Source: Rhina ancylostomus
Taxonomy: Eukaryota
DNA length: 64,000 nucleotides
Direction of reading: 5' to 3'
Assembly (NCBI GenBank): GCA_030265395.1
Contig: JARFYF010000063.1
Coordinates: forward strand, 47,819,001 to 47,883,000
The position numbers and the translations under genes were made by a program. Positions 52,666 to 64,000 of the stretch are shown here, piece after piece (the stretch's first letter is position 1; each line of letters starts with the position of its first letter). The notes under the pieces were generated by a model. The model saw nothing but the letters and a program-made list of their open reading frames with translations. It had not been told where the DNA came from and ran no database searches.

Positions 52666-53119
52666 AAATTTCAATGCAACCATAAAGGTGAATGAATGAG
52701 TGAAGTCGGCTGAGATATTTTTGAAGAACAATTTTAGTTGCTGTCCTTTAAGGTCAGAAACAAAGCGCTGATGATAAATTTTGCATTGTAATAAATAAAA
52801 GCAGAGTAACAGAAGTAAAAACAAAACGATTAAAACTCAACTGCATGCTGTCTCTCATGTACAACAATCTTTTTAGCAAGAGTTTCTGTCAGAAACCGAT
52901 TCCTCCAATGTTTTTGGAGCTTCTTGGGCCAACCACTTGGCCAGCTCAGAGGACGCCCAATGGAGTTAGTATACTAAGCTCCAAGGATGCCCTAGTGCAG
53001 ATTGTCTGAGTGGGCTGTGCAGTGAACTACCAGCATGCATTAAGGCAGCTTCCCATTGAAGCATTATCAACATATTCACATTCTGCAACTGGGGAGAAAT
53101 TATTTATGATTGACAGCAG

Positions 53120-53475
53120 TACTGTATGGTGGTATAATGGTTACTTCACTAGCCTTCTGAAGGCTTGGACTAATTCTCTGCAGAATTTAAGTTTAAACCC
53201 CATCAACTGAGTTGGAAAATTTGAATTCAATATTAAAGAACTTGGAAATAAATAGAAACCTGCTCTGGATGAAAGTGAGCATGGAAATCAAACAGGTTCA
53301 CAAATGCTTTTCAGTGAGGGAAACCCAGTGTTCTTCTTACTCTGTGTGCTCTAGTACGCGACTCCGGGATTGGTTTTTTACTCCGAGGTCCAGGAAGGGC
53401 AACTATCACCTCAGGGCAATTAAATGGACAATATCACTGCTGCCAGCAATACTTATATCTTGAGAATGATTTAAA
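53120..53475 (+). mobile_element. tRNA-derived SINE with CR1-like tail (degenerate)
   Basis: Head tggtggtataatggtta...gtttaaacccc (A/B-box-like) and tail cagggcaattaaatggacaat...tgccagcaatacttatatcttgagaatga. Confidence 0.55.
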
Positions 53476-54129
53476 GCTATATTAAATAGATGTTTTTGTT
53501 TATTAACTGCAATGATGACATGCAGATTTGTTTGTTACTTGAAGGGAAACAACTGTATTTGCTGCTTCTGTGCTTGCACCACTTGTCCTCCAAGAACCAA
53601 TCGAGATGCACTAGTACTTCAGACAAAATTGTCTCAGTCAAGCTGTACAGCCTCCTCCCCACCTCAGCACTCCAACTTGCCCTCCACATTTCTTCAGATC
53701 TGCTAATGTACAAAATAATATTTTAATCTTTCCTGCATAAAGAAATAAATCTATGGCTGCTAATCCATCTGGGCATATCTTACATGGTCAGTGGGGTGAT
53801 GGGAGGTGGTTATGATGTTACAATAGCTGGAGGAACAGGGAGGCAAAGGTAGGGTAAACTCAAATCTTGCTTCCCATGTTCCCAAGACATTTTCTAGCAG
53901 AGACATTAAAACATGATTTGGTTCCTCATTTACTGACCACTTCAGGGCATTGCCAGATACACCCATCTCAATCAGGTGCTCTTGAAACACTGGTGACCAT
54001 GTAGCATACATTCTGAACTTCAAATTGGGAGGCAGTGTGGCTCAGACTCTACCTCACTGAACGTGAAACCATAGCAAATGCTGCTATAGGTGCAGTAATA
54101 TTGAAGATTTTGCTACCTGTTACTTTCAG

Positions 54130-54270
54130 CACTGATCTATTTTGGTCCAGGTTATACATAAATAATCATAAATAGGTCTGTACCTACGTGCTTGTGATGC
54201 TGCTGCAAGTTTTTCATTGTACAGTACCTCACCATGAGGTGCACATGAAATAAATTTGGTTTGACTTGAT
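54130..54270 (+). mobile_element. Rex1-like 3' tail fragment
   Basis: gtgatgctgctgcaagtttttcattgtac...gtgcacatgaaataaatttggtttgacttga. Confidence 0.5.
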
Positions 54271-56348
54271 ATCTACATTGTCATTATACTGTAACACATT
54301 AATAGACCAAATTGCCTCGACGGTGCCTAGAGGATTCGAATGGAACCAGCCATTTGAAACAGAAGGAAGTCCTGTACTTGGACAGTGAATCCAGGATGTT
54401 TACTGTTTAAGGGCACCAAATCCCTCACCACCTCCCATCACTGGATTCCACGTGGTAATGAGCAGCAGGCCTCAGTTTTGCTGCGATTCCACCACATGCT
54501 GATTGGGGGAAAAAAAAACTCTATTTAGATCCTGCACCAGGTCAGACTTGATGTAGAAATCAATGAGATTTTGGATCCCATGGGGATTCTTGACAGCAGA
54601 GGGGAATTTAAATTTTCTTTAAATTATCTTGCTTTAGTTTAATATTTTTAACTATTTCTACCATTCTGTATTTTAATAAACTATATATTTTAAAATGTTT
54701 AATAATTTTTACTTCTTAAAATTATTTACATCAATTTTAATAGTTTTTTGTAGATATCTCTGAATACTAGCATTGCCTCCTGCCAAATGCCATTGGTGAC
54801 ATTTTGCGGGAGATGGTTGGGGAGGAAGAGGAGGCTTCTAGTACACCACCAGCAATTCATTCACCTTCAGGATCTTGTCACTGGACTTAAGGGTGTAGAG
54901 AGCAAGTGAGGTGAGCTTTTTGTATCATTCCAGATGAGTACAGGTGTCTAGCAATTCAGTTCAACTTGCCTGGACCAGCCCACTGCACACAAGTTCAATT
55001 GCATATGCAGAATAATTAACCTTTGAAACTAGTCAGATCAAACTACCTTCTACCAGTCCAGCAAACTGTGTTGTCATATAGGAAGCAGTGCATAAGGTAC
55101 AGAGTTAGGTATGATTTTATTAACATTCGGATTCCATTAACGTATATAGTTTACCAGATTTTCTGCTCTGAAATGATAAGCAGCAAAGAGTTGAATAAAA
55201 TCTAATATTCACAGACTATTGGTAAGAAGGGGCCTAANNNNNNNNNNNNNNNNNNNNNNNNNNNNNNNNNNNNNNNNNNNNNNNNNNNNNNNNNNNNNNN
55301 NNNNNNNNNNNNNNNNNNNNNNNNNNNNNNNNNNNNNNNNNNNNNNNNNNNNNNNNNNNNNNNNNNNNNNNNNNNNNNNNNNNNNNNNNNNNNNNNNNNN
55401 NNNNNNNNNNNNNNNNNNNNNNNNNNNNNNNNNNNNNNNNNNNNCAAATTTTTCTTTTCTTTTCCAAACTTTGACGACGGTATAAGTGGCAATACCTGCT
55501 GACTAAAGAAACTTGTTGTCATATATATTTGTTTATTCCAAGGGAAAGTAACCATAGTTATTATGGATGAATATTAACAGCAGTGAACCTTTATCAATGT
55601 TCATGGGAGTTCTGCATACATTTCAGCTGTTCCAAGATAGAAAACTCTTTAAGCAAAAGTTACATGAGTATTTTTTGTGTGTATCAAAATTCAGGCATGT
55701 CACAAGCTGGAGCAAAGTTTCCACTGCCTTCTATCCATGGAAAGGTTTGTATTTACTTTTGTCTACATCCTTCAAATAGGTGACTCTTTAGTCAAGTATA
55801 TAAGAATAGATTTCCCACTGCTGTTGGAGGAAGAACAGTTTCAAGATAGAGGAATGAGGAAGTAGTGACAGAGATCCCCTCACGTCACACTGCCCTTGGG
55901 CATTCTTCAACGATTCCATTATGCACTAACTCTACAAGAATACAAAAAGAGGTGGCCGCAGGGAGCATGCTTAGAATCACTAACCTGTGGTTTGTCCGAG
56001 GGTGTGTCCAATTTCTGGACACTCCACCTGGACCCTGTCAGGCTAGATTATTTTCAAGGCCCCCAAACAGCAGCTTGAAAATCATCATCAGATAGAAATG
56101 AGGGAGGAACTTGTCCCTGTTCTGAATAAACCTTTGGGGCCTGTGTCCCCACAGCACCAGTGCATCACATTTTTATGCTACTCTCTGCATTTTTGAGGAG
56201 ACTGACATGTACCACTACCCTCATGGAAAGGAAAGTGTTCATTGATCTCATGTTAAGAACAAACATGACTTCCTGAATCAATCAGTTGTGCTCTTTCTTT
56301 TGATTCATTGGGTATTTGGTCTTCTAATCACATTGAAGTGCTGATAAA

Positions 56349-57235
56349 TTATATATCAATATTTAGGCTCTGGAGACAGGGAATGGCATCAAGTCTAGTA
56401 TCAGCTATGTGCCTGGGAAAAGGCAGCATCCATTTCTTGGTGAAAAAGTTGACAAAATCTTCATTGTCTATAGTGCAGAAGGGTTGTCCACAAAGCGTGC
56501 AAGCAGCTTCAGTCCAGGAGTGGAGAAGAAGTCTTTCCTTCGGATGTTGCTGTGTTCCATTCCGACCTCCAATGTTCTTCACAATTAAATGAGGTGTATA
56601 GATGGGAGCTTGTCCCATGGAGATTTCTTCGATTTGAGCTGGGATCATGGCACATCTTCCATTTTATGATGGATTGGGGATCACTCAACGTTTCCTTCTA
56701 ATGTCTGGGAGAGTGATGTTTAAAAGTGGCAAAAGAAAGGGATGACTTCAATCCTTCCATAATGGTGGTACAAGCATATGTACATTTTTTTAAAGTCCAG
56801 TACCCTTGTGATGACTATCCATTTGTATATAAGCAGTGATGTAGAGAAAGACAGAAGTGGCCATTTGAATGGTCTCTAACATGCACTCCGTATACTTCTG
56901 TGGAGTTTCTGCATGTATTCAGTAATCACTAACATAAAACACTTGTGTAGGATCAGGTGGTCTAACCTGCATTAACAAATACTGCTTTAGAATTCAAAGG
57001 TTATTTCCTGACATATTTTGAGAAATATCACCAACCATTTTCCCTGCTTTGTCAAATTGCTTTAATATCTTGGGAGTTGGGGTAGAACTCCTTTTGTTGG
57101 TAATTTTATCAGATACCCAGAAACCCTCTTTTGGACCTGTGCAGCCTTCTTCGTTAAAGTTATCAAAACTAGTCACTTCAACCCTCTCAGCCCCACTACT
57201 GATGATATCAAAGACTTCTCTCAGATATTAGAAAA
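56349..57235 (-). pseudogene. Possible decayed hAT-family transposase N-terminal region
   Basis: ORF 56349-56648 contains CTLCGQPFCTIDNEDFVNFFTKKWMLPFPRHIADTRLD, resembling the hAT PF..V.N..F..F....P..R.L...LLD segment; protein-like open frame at 56994-57235 on the same strand. Confidence 0.35.
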
Positions 57236-58565
57236 GCATGAAATGAAGGCATGTCCACTATAAATAATAAAAGATAAAACCTCAGCAATGGATCAATAAA
57301 GGTGAAGAATGAATAATTAATCCATTTGGTATAGCAGCTATGGCTTCAAATTATTTGGTGTTTAGTGAAAGAATCAGTTTAAGGTAAGGGAAAAGGAGCC
57401 ACTTTTCTCCCCAGTGCAGTTGTTCAGAGTGCATGACCAGTGTTTGGGGGAAGAATTATTGAGAAGTTTTCTAATTGTATACATCAACTTCATCTCACAT
57501 TTATGCACTCAGCTCTACCTATAATGTTTTCTTCTGTTTCTGTGACCCTAAATTTCATAAGCAGTTGGTCATTCTCACAAACAAATATTGATTTGTTTTC
57601 AGAATTTTTTGTTGTTTTGCATCCCCCCTGCCCCTCCCCCCAAAAAGTACATGCACTGATCTAGAGTTCCTGCCTCCCCACACTTGGAGTTTATTCTCCA
57701 AGTACTTCCTCATACAACGGGGCCGCAAATTATGCTCGTCCCACCTGAAAAACACAAGGGCACAGCTCCCCATGTCCACTGCCTCTTAATCCTGCCTGGA
57801 GACACAGATCCTTGCTATCTGGTCTCTCTTTCCTGCAGCTGTTAACATAGAGCCTGCTGCCCATCTCCTCAGTAATGTGTCCATTTATCTCAACTACATC
57901 TCTTTCTGATGCTCAAAATAGAACTGCAAGGCTAAAACCCCTTAGTTCCACAAGAAGAATACACATTTTATATTAGATAATTTACAATAACATCATATAT
58001 CTTCTGCTTCAGGAAGATTTTTAGACCAAGGACAGTTCTTAATGTAAATGTACAAGTTACTATGGGGTGAACCTTTAATGAGGACTATTACACGTGAAAT
58101 ANNNNNNNNNNNNNNNNNNNNNNNNNNNNNNNNNNNNNNNNNNNNNNNNNNNNNNNNNNNNNNNNNNNNNNNNNNNNNNNNNNNNNNNNNNNNNNNNNNN
58201 NTAGTATGATAGTTACAGAGAGGGTGCAGTGCAGGCAGAAAAATAAACTGCAAGGTTCACATGAATCAAGAGTCAAACTCTGTTTGAAAGGGACAACACC
58301 TTAATCGATTTACTTATGGAAAGGACACTTAAGGTGGTTGAAGTTCAGTGCTTTTACAGAGTGACACAGTTCCCCTGCGCACAAAAAGCAGCAAGTTGCT
58401 CATGGGAATCAATGTTCTTCAAATGAACCGAATAATCTAGATGCATTCTTAATGTTTCCAAGATTTGAAATCACAGTAATATCACTCTGTACAGTTATAT
58501 CAGCCTAGGTCTTGCAATAATGCTGCCTTGCCCAGTTCAGATTCAAGCCCAGAAGCTTGACCATA

Positions 58566-58755
58566 CACAGCCCAATTCCGTGTAATGAATGGGTTCTATT
58601 TTTACAGGAATCCATGTCAATTTTGTTCATAAGTCAGAAAATACACAAAAATCTCTCAATACGGTCACCATACCTCCGCAGTACTCTAATGAATGATATC
58701 GAAAATCACAGGAAACTGATAAGAAAGGAAAATAACAAAAAGTGTGTGGGGGGGA

Positions 58756-58790
<35 letters not shown>

Positions 58791-58909
58791 AGCTATGCAT
58801 AGGAACGAACATATGTATGTAAGTCGGACTTTTGAACTTAATATTATGGGAGCTAATTCGTAAGTAGGGGTGTCCATAAGTTGGGCATTCTTAACTCAGG
58901 GATGGCTTG
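58566..58909. mobile_element. Tc1/mariner-Tigger-like non-autonomous DNA transposon (MITE) with TA flanks
   Basis: Right end reverse-complemented reads TA-caagccatccctgagttaagaatgcccaacttatggacacccctacttacgaa (Tigger-type TIR with repeated actta motifs); degenerate left end TA-cacagcccaattccgtgtaatgaatgggttc. Confidence 0.6.
58759..58788. repeat. (AG)15 microsatellite
   Basis: Read directly. Confidence 0.95.
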
Positions 58910-59029
58910 TAACCCCTCAGGTAGGATAGTGTATACCTGTTGGGTGAATGCTATCAAGCTACATTCAAAATCAGAATCACTGGTTTGGGCACAGGTGGAC
59001 AAAGTTCTAACCTGGAGAAAAAGGCAGGT

Positions 59030-59259
59030 ATAATTGGTAGTACAGTGGACAGTGAAGAAGGTTATCTAAGTTTACAAGGAAATCTGGACAAACTTGGTAA
59101 GTGGGCCAAAGAATAACAAATGGAATTTAACTTGCACAAGTGTGAGGTGTTGTACTTTGGCAAATTAAACTTGGACAGGACTTGACAGTAGATAGTCGGG
59201 CCCTGGAAAGTGTTGTAGAACAGAAGGATGTAGGGGTCCAGGTACATAGTTCCCTGAAA
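59030..59259 (+). mobile_element. CR1 LINE RT fragment running into a gap
   Basis: gtggacagtgaagaaggttatctaagtttacaaggaaatctggacaaacttggtaagtgggcc...atggaatttaac (VDSEEGYLSLQGNLDKLGKWA..MEFN). Confidence 0.85.
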
Positions 59260-60419
59260 NNNNNNNNNNNNNNNNNNNNNNNNNNNNNNNNNNNNNNNNN
59301 NNNNNNNNNNNNNNNNNNNNNNNNNNNNNNNNNNNNNNNNNNNNNNNNNNNNNNNNNNNNNNNNNNNNNNNNNNNNNNNNNNNNNNNNNNNNNNNNNNNN
59401 NNNNNNNNNNNNNNNNNNNNNNNNNNNNNNNNNNNNNNNNNNNNNNNNNNNNNNNNNNNNNNNNNNNNNNNNNNNNNNNNNNNNNNNNNNNNNNNNNNNN
59501 NNNNNNNNNNNNNNNNNNNNNNNNNNNNNNNNNNNNNNNNNNNNNNNNNNNNNNNNNNNNNNNNNNNNNNNNNNNNNNNNNNNNNNNNNNNNNNNNNNNN
59601 NNNNNNNNNNNNNNNNNNNNNNNNNNNNNNNNNNNNNNNNNNNNNNNNNNNNNNNNNNNNNNNNNNNNNNNNNNNNNNNNNNNNNNNNNNNNNNNNNNNN
59701 NNNNNNNNNNNNNNNNNNNNNNNNNNNNNNNNNNNNNNNNNNNNNNNNNNNNNNNNNNNNNNNNNNNNNNNNNNNNNNNNNNNNNNNNNNNNNNNNNNNN
59801 NNNNNNNNNNNNNNNNNNNNNNNNNNNNNNNNNNNNNNNNNNNNNNNNNNNNNNNNNNNNNNNNNNNNNNNNNNNNNNNNNNNNNNNNNNNNNNNNNNNN
59901 NNNNNNNNNNNNNNNNNNNNNNNNNNNNNNNNNNNNNNACCTGCATCCTTCAAATAGGTAATAGAAAAAAAACTTTGTAGGGGAAAATTACTTACAATTT
60001 GCATTGATGTCTGAAATTTAGATCTCAAGAGCAAGTGGTGCATATGAGAAGAAAGGAAACAAAATGTAAAGGCTTCATCTTAAATTACCATACTAATCTG
60101 GGCTGAAATAGATTTGTTATTCACATGGAGTTAGAATAATGCCATTTCTAATTCATAGCTGCAGTAATTTGTATTTGTACAGCATTTTTCACATAGATGA
60201 CCACATTAAAGTAGTTCATGTTAGCCTCCTGAGTAGATTGGGCACAGAGCTAAAACAACATATAAAAATTTAAGGAATTTTGCAGCATGTAAACTGGCCA
60301 GTCAGCTAATTGGCTGTCATGGAATTCACTATATAAGCCTCTTCTAACCCTGCTTGTCTAACTATATTACTATATTAGGAGGAAGTCACCAAAATCCCAG
60401 CCAAAGTGGTGGTTACTAG

Positions 60420-60782
60420 TGTGGCGACTTACCTTTCACTAACCGGCTCCCACGACCGCGAGCGTCATCGGAGGCCCCGACACAAGATGGCGCGGGGCAC
60501 CCCTCCTTTGTGGGCTCGTGGAGCCCGCGCGCGGGACGGTCACGTGACCTGCGCGTGACGTCAGCGCNNNNNNNNNNNNNNNNNNNNNNNNNNNNNNNNN
60601 NNNNNNNNNNNNNNNNNNNNNNNNNNNNNNNNNNNNNNNNNNNNNNNNNNNNNNNNNNNNNNNNNNNGACGTCAGCGCGGGAACGGTGTTTATTAAAGGG
60701 GCAGCGCACCCCCGTCGCTCATTCGACTCTTGGACTCCAAACAGGTGTCCCGTGTCTTTATTCAGTGTAGCTAGCCGCTACA
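60420..60782 (+). mobile_element. Solo LTR (Gypsy/Ty3-like), TSD CTAG, CpG-rich; length inflated by a 100-N gap
   Basis: TGTGGCGACT...AGCCGCTACA ends; CTAG at 60416-60419 and 60783-60786; same family as 7904-8155, opposite orientation. Confidence 0.85.
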
Positions 60783-61329
60783 CTAGAAGGTTTTAGGGGA
60801 AGAGAGGGGGATTGGGATAAGGGTGGGTGGTAGATTTTAGAGTCTCAGCCTATAAAGTTACAGTTACAAATGGAGTGAAAGGGTTATTCCTTACGTTGTT
60901 CCTTGGGCTACAGAAAAGAAAAATCCCACTTGTGAGGCACAAAGGGAGGAGGTGGAGAGTGAGAGTAAACTGACATCTTGAAAATCGATAATGAAGAAGT
61001 TAAAAATGTAAACAGTGAAATGACAAACATGTAAAATGATTCCTTTGAAGAGAGAAGATAGCATTCTGAAGATTCCAAATGAAGCTAGTACTGAAACAGG
61101 GACAGAACTCACTAAAATTAATGCAAGTGGAATAAAAATTAAAATAATGGCACAAAAAAGGCACAAGAGTCAGTTATTTCTTTCCCAAGTGTCCCAAAGG
61201 AACTTGGTGAGCACATTCAGATCTCAGAACCATAAACTTCTAAAGTGCTCTCAATTCCTGAATTGTTCCTGGAACTTTCTAATCTTTTTGAGGAAAGTGA
61301 GCATGGCAAAACAAGGCATTGTAGATTAA

Positions 61330-61880
61330 TTACCCTGTTATCTGCTGGCAGAAAATTACTCAAGTCTATGGTGAAGCAGAGAATGAAATCTTTCAGCTAA
61401 TCAAACAGATGCAGCATGGATTTCTAAAGGATTGATCATGCAGGAGAAAGCTGATAATATTTTTTTTTGAAAATTGGTAAAGGAATGGACCATGTACTGT
61501 CAATAGAAGTTGCTTACATGGGTTCTCAGAAGTCATCTGATAAAGTCCCTCATAAAAGGGATTATTAGCAGAAGTTAAAACCTCATGCACTTAAAGGCAA
61601 ATTCATTGAGCCATCTTGGAACTGTAGCTGCTAGGTCACAGCATGTGTTCTTATTGGCAGAATATGACTAATGGCTTAAAGTAAGGATCTGTGCTGGAGC
61701 TTTAGTTCTTCACCATACTTACAAATGACTTGGATGGTTGGATAGAAAGCTACAAATTCTGTTTTGCTAAAGACAAATAGATAGGTAGTACTCTGGTATC
61801 CAAAGGTTAAATTAAAAAGAGGGACATCTGACCTGGGTTTATATACCCTGAAATTTAAACAATAAAATAATTATTGAAAC
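61330..61880 (+). mobile_element. Degenerate CR1 RT fragment
   Basis: cagcatggattt...gataaagtccctcataaaaggg...ggatctgtgctggagc...aatgacttgga (QHGF, DKVPH, GSVL, NDLD motifs). Confidence 0.65.
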
Positions 61881-62059
61881 AACAGATTAGGCCTCAAGAA
61901 TATTCCAACTGTCAACAATGCAGCGCATATGATTGCAAGTGTCAAGTATGTAGTGGTCAGAACCATCTTCAGTCAGAAATGCCAAGTGGTTGTGGTTGAT
62001 TCACCTCAGGCTCCTGCTGAGGATGAACCATTAGCCTATTTTATTCACTTTATATCAAT

Positions 62060-63430
62060 AAACAACTGGGAATACTTCATATAATAAAGGCCAGGGGCTC
62101 TGCCAATATCCCAGCAGCAGTGCTGAGGACCTGCACTCCGGAATGAACTGTGCCTCTGGCCAAGCTGCTCCAGAACAACTGAAACACAGACATTTTACCT
62201 GATAGAGCAGAAGTGTGTTCAAAAAGCACAACAGATCCAATTTGGCCAATTACTACCCTTTCAATCCACCCTTCGTCATCAGCAAAGTGATACAGGGTGC
62301 CGTCAACAGTGCTATCAACCAGCAATTATTCACCAATCAACTCGCCACTAATTCTGGACTTTGCCTAGATCACTTGGCTCCAGAGCTCATCACACCCTTA
62401 ATCCAAGCATGAACAAAAGAAATGAATTTCAGAAGCATAGTGAGAGCGATTTCATGTCATGGGAGCATTTGACTGATTGCAGCATTGATAACCCTTTGGA
62501 GAAAAGAAAATGGGTAGAGGCTACTTAATTGTAGCTGTTGGAGACCAATCATTTCAACTTCAGAACAACACTGCCACAGTTCCCCAGAAGGTGTACTATA
62601 CCTATTCGTCAGAACAAAGGGAAGGGTTGTTTATTATGAATCCACACTGAATAAATCTAATTGTATATCTTAAAAAAATGAAGTAATCAGTGCACACATA
62701 CAGGGAGACTTGGACAATATCCAAGCCTGGGTTGATATAGAACAATTAACATTTGTACCGCACAAATGTCAGGCATTTACCACCTCCAGCGCTTCCATCA
62801 GAGGCTACACCATCTCCTCTTGATATTCAACAGCATCACTGAAATGGATATCCTGGGCAGGGTGGGGTTTGCTGGTGGGGCTGTGGGTCACTGTTAACCT
62901 TGAACTCAATCTGAGCCATTCTCACCTCCCCATTCCCCAAATCCCCTTTCTCATATACAANNNNNNNNNNNNNNNNNNNNNNNNNNNNNNNNNNNNNNNN
63001 NNNNNNNNNNNNNNNNNNNNNNNNNNNNNNNNNNNNNNNNNNNNNNNNNNNNNNNNNNNNNNNNNNNNNNNNNNNNNNNNNNNNNNNNNNNNNNNNNNNN
63101 NNNNNNNNNNNNNNNNNNNNNNNNNNNNNNNNNNNNNNNNNNNNNNNNNNNNNNNNNNNNNNNNNNNNNNNNNNNNNNNNNNNNNNNNNNNNNNNNNNNN
63201 NNNNNNNNNNNNNNNNNNNNNNNNNNNNNNNNNNNNNNNNNCAAGCTTATTTCCAAATTACTGCCTTAGAAATACCAGCTCACCTTTAATGCTGAAAATC
63301 CTGGAACTCCAGATTAAATAGCACAGTAGGAGGACCTTCACCACACATACTACAACAGTTCAGGATACTAACACCACATTTAACAGGTGATTCGACATGG
63401 AAAATAAATACTGGCCTCGTCAAATATTAG
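62060..63430 (+). mobile_element. Degenerate CR1-like LINE fragment spanning a gap
   Basis: FKKHNRSNLANYYPFNPPFVISKVIQG RT domain 1-2 remnant; family tail at ~63390-63425. Confidence 0.7.
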
Positions 63431-63559
63431 TTTTTAGATTGATAAACTTTTTTTCAACCTTAGGGTATTAAAGTGGGGCAAAAGGTGGACACGAACTTAA
63501 ATCCCAAATTAGTCATGATAATTGACAGGGGAAACAGGCTTTTGGTCTTCGCTTCCTCT

Positions 63560-64000
63560 GATGTTACAAGTGGCCAGAGTTGTAGATGCAACTACAAAGT
63601 GAAGGAAAACTGAGGATTTGGAGTAATTTGAACAAAAAGATGATCACCTTACATTCAAAGCACTGTATGATTGTGGGTAAGCGGAGGCCGGAAAGGATGA
63701 ATGTAAGCATAACATGAAGTGATTGAATGCAAATTTTAGGGAAGCATGCACTCAAGGTTCATGGAAAGTGGAAGATGGGAGGCCAGCCAGGGATGCAATG
63801 GAAAACTCGAGTTTGAAAGTGTATGGTTGAAAGTTTCAGAAGAGCTAAAATATTGCATGGAACTGGATAATGTCTCTGAAATGCAAATGGTTGATCTTTG
63901 TCTTGTAGAGGTAATGAAGTCAAAACCTCAGTTCGGGGCTAGATCGGGTGGGATTTCAAATAGTACGGTGCGGTCTTTGGTCATGGCTAAAGAAAGGGTT
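63560..64000 (-). mobile_element. Degenerate L2-like LINE fragment
   Basis: gccagagttgtagatgc...gaggtaatgaagtcaaaacctcagttcggggctagat...gggatttcaaatagtacggtgcggtc resembles reverse L2 ORF2. Confidence 0.5.

Larger units (their letters stand above)
38272..64000 (-). other. NR5A2: Last intron of NR5A2 (partial, >25.7 kb)
   Basis: The preceding exon (expected ...EFVCLKFLVLFSL) was not seen up to the window end, though it could lie in an N gap. A long last intron is consistent with the mammalian gene. Confidence 0.75.

Noticed and set aside
59062-60043. Long ORFs of 259-294 aa (also at ~55.2 kb and ~62.9 kb)
   Set aside because: They are open only because they run through N gaps.
1-64000. CRISPR arrays, operons, tRNA/rRNA genes or other prokaryotic-type systems
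   Set aside because: No regularly spaced repeats, no dense coding and no RNA gene recognised; the sequence is vertebrate intron/intergenic DNA. tRNA-like boxes at ~53.1 kb belong to a SINE.
38272-64000. miR-181 hairpin or penultimate NR5A2 exon
   Set aside because: I looked for both because of known synteny and gene structure and saw neither; the gaps cannot be excluded.

Overview
Repeat-rich, draft-quality vertebrate genomic DNA with many N gaps. The repeat families point to a cartilaginous fish (inference). The only host coding sequence I can support is the last coding exon of the nuclear receptor NR5A2/LRH-1 on the minus strand (38271-38024, LBD C-terminus and AF-2). It is followed by a ~2.3 kb 3'UTR with a likely distal poly(A) signal at 35771-35766 and preceded by >25 kb of final intron; 1-35.7 kb is downstream intergenic DNA. 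The rest is decayed retroelements (CR1/HER1-like, L2, Rex1/Babar, RTE, SINEs, Penelope-like termini), two solo LTRs with 4-bp TSDs, a Tigger-like MITE and a possible hAT transposase relic. I found no prokaryotic-type system (no CRISPR, operon or defence locus) and no clearly new biological system. The best leads are: (i) Penelope-like termini carrying minimal hammerhead-ribozyme cores; (ii) a CpG-rich solo LTR with YY1/E-box/CRE motifs lying antisense in the NR5A2 intron; (iii) a 60-bp intronic inverted repeat; (iv) a perfect hairpin over the predicted poly(A) cleavage site; (v) motif-dense candidate enhancers. Repeat family names come from visual recall of consensus sequences, not database searches, and most repeat boundaries are approximate.
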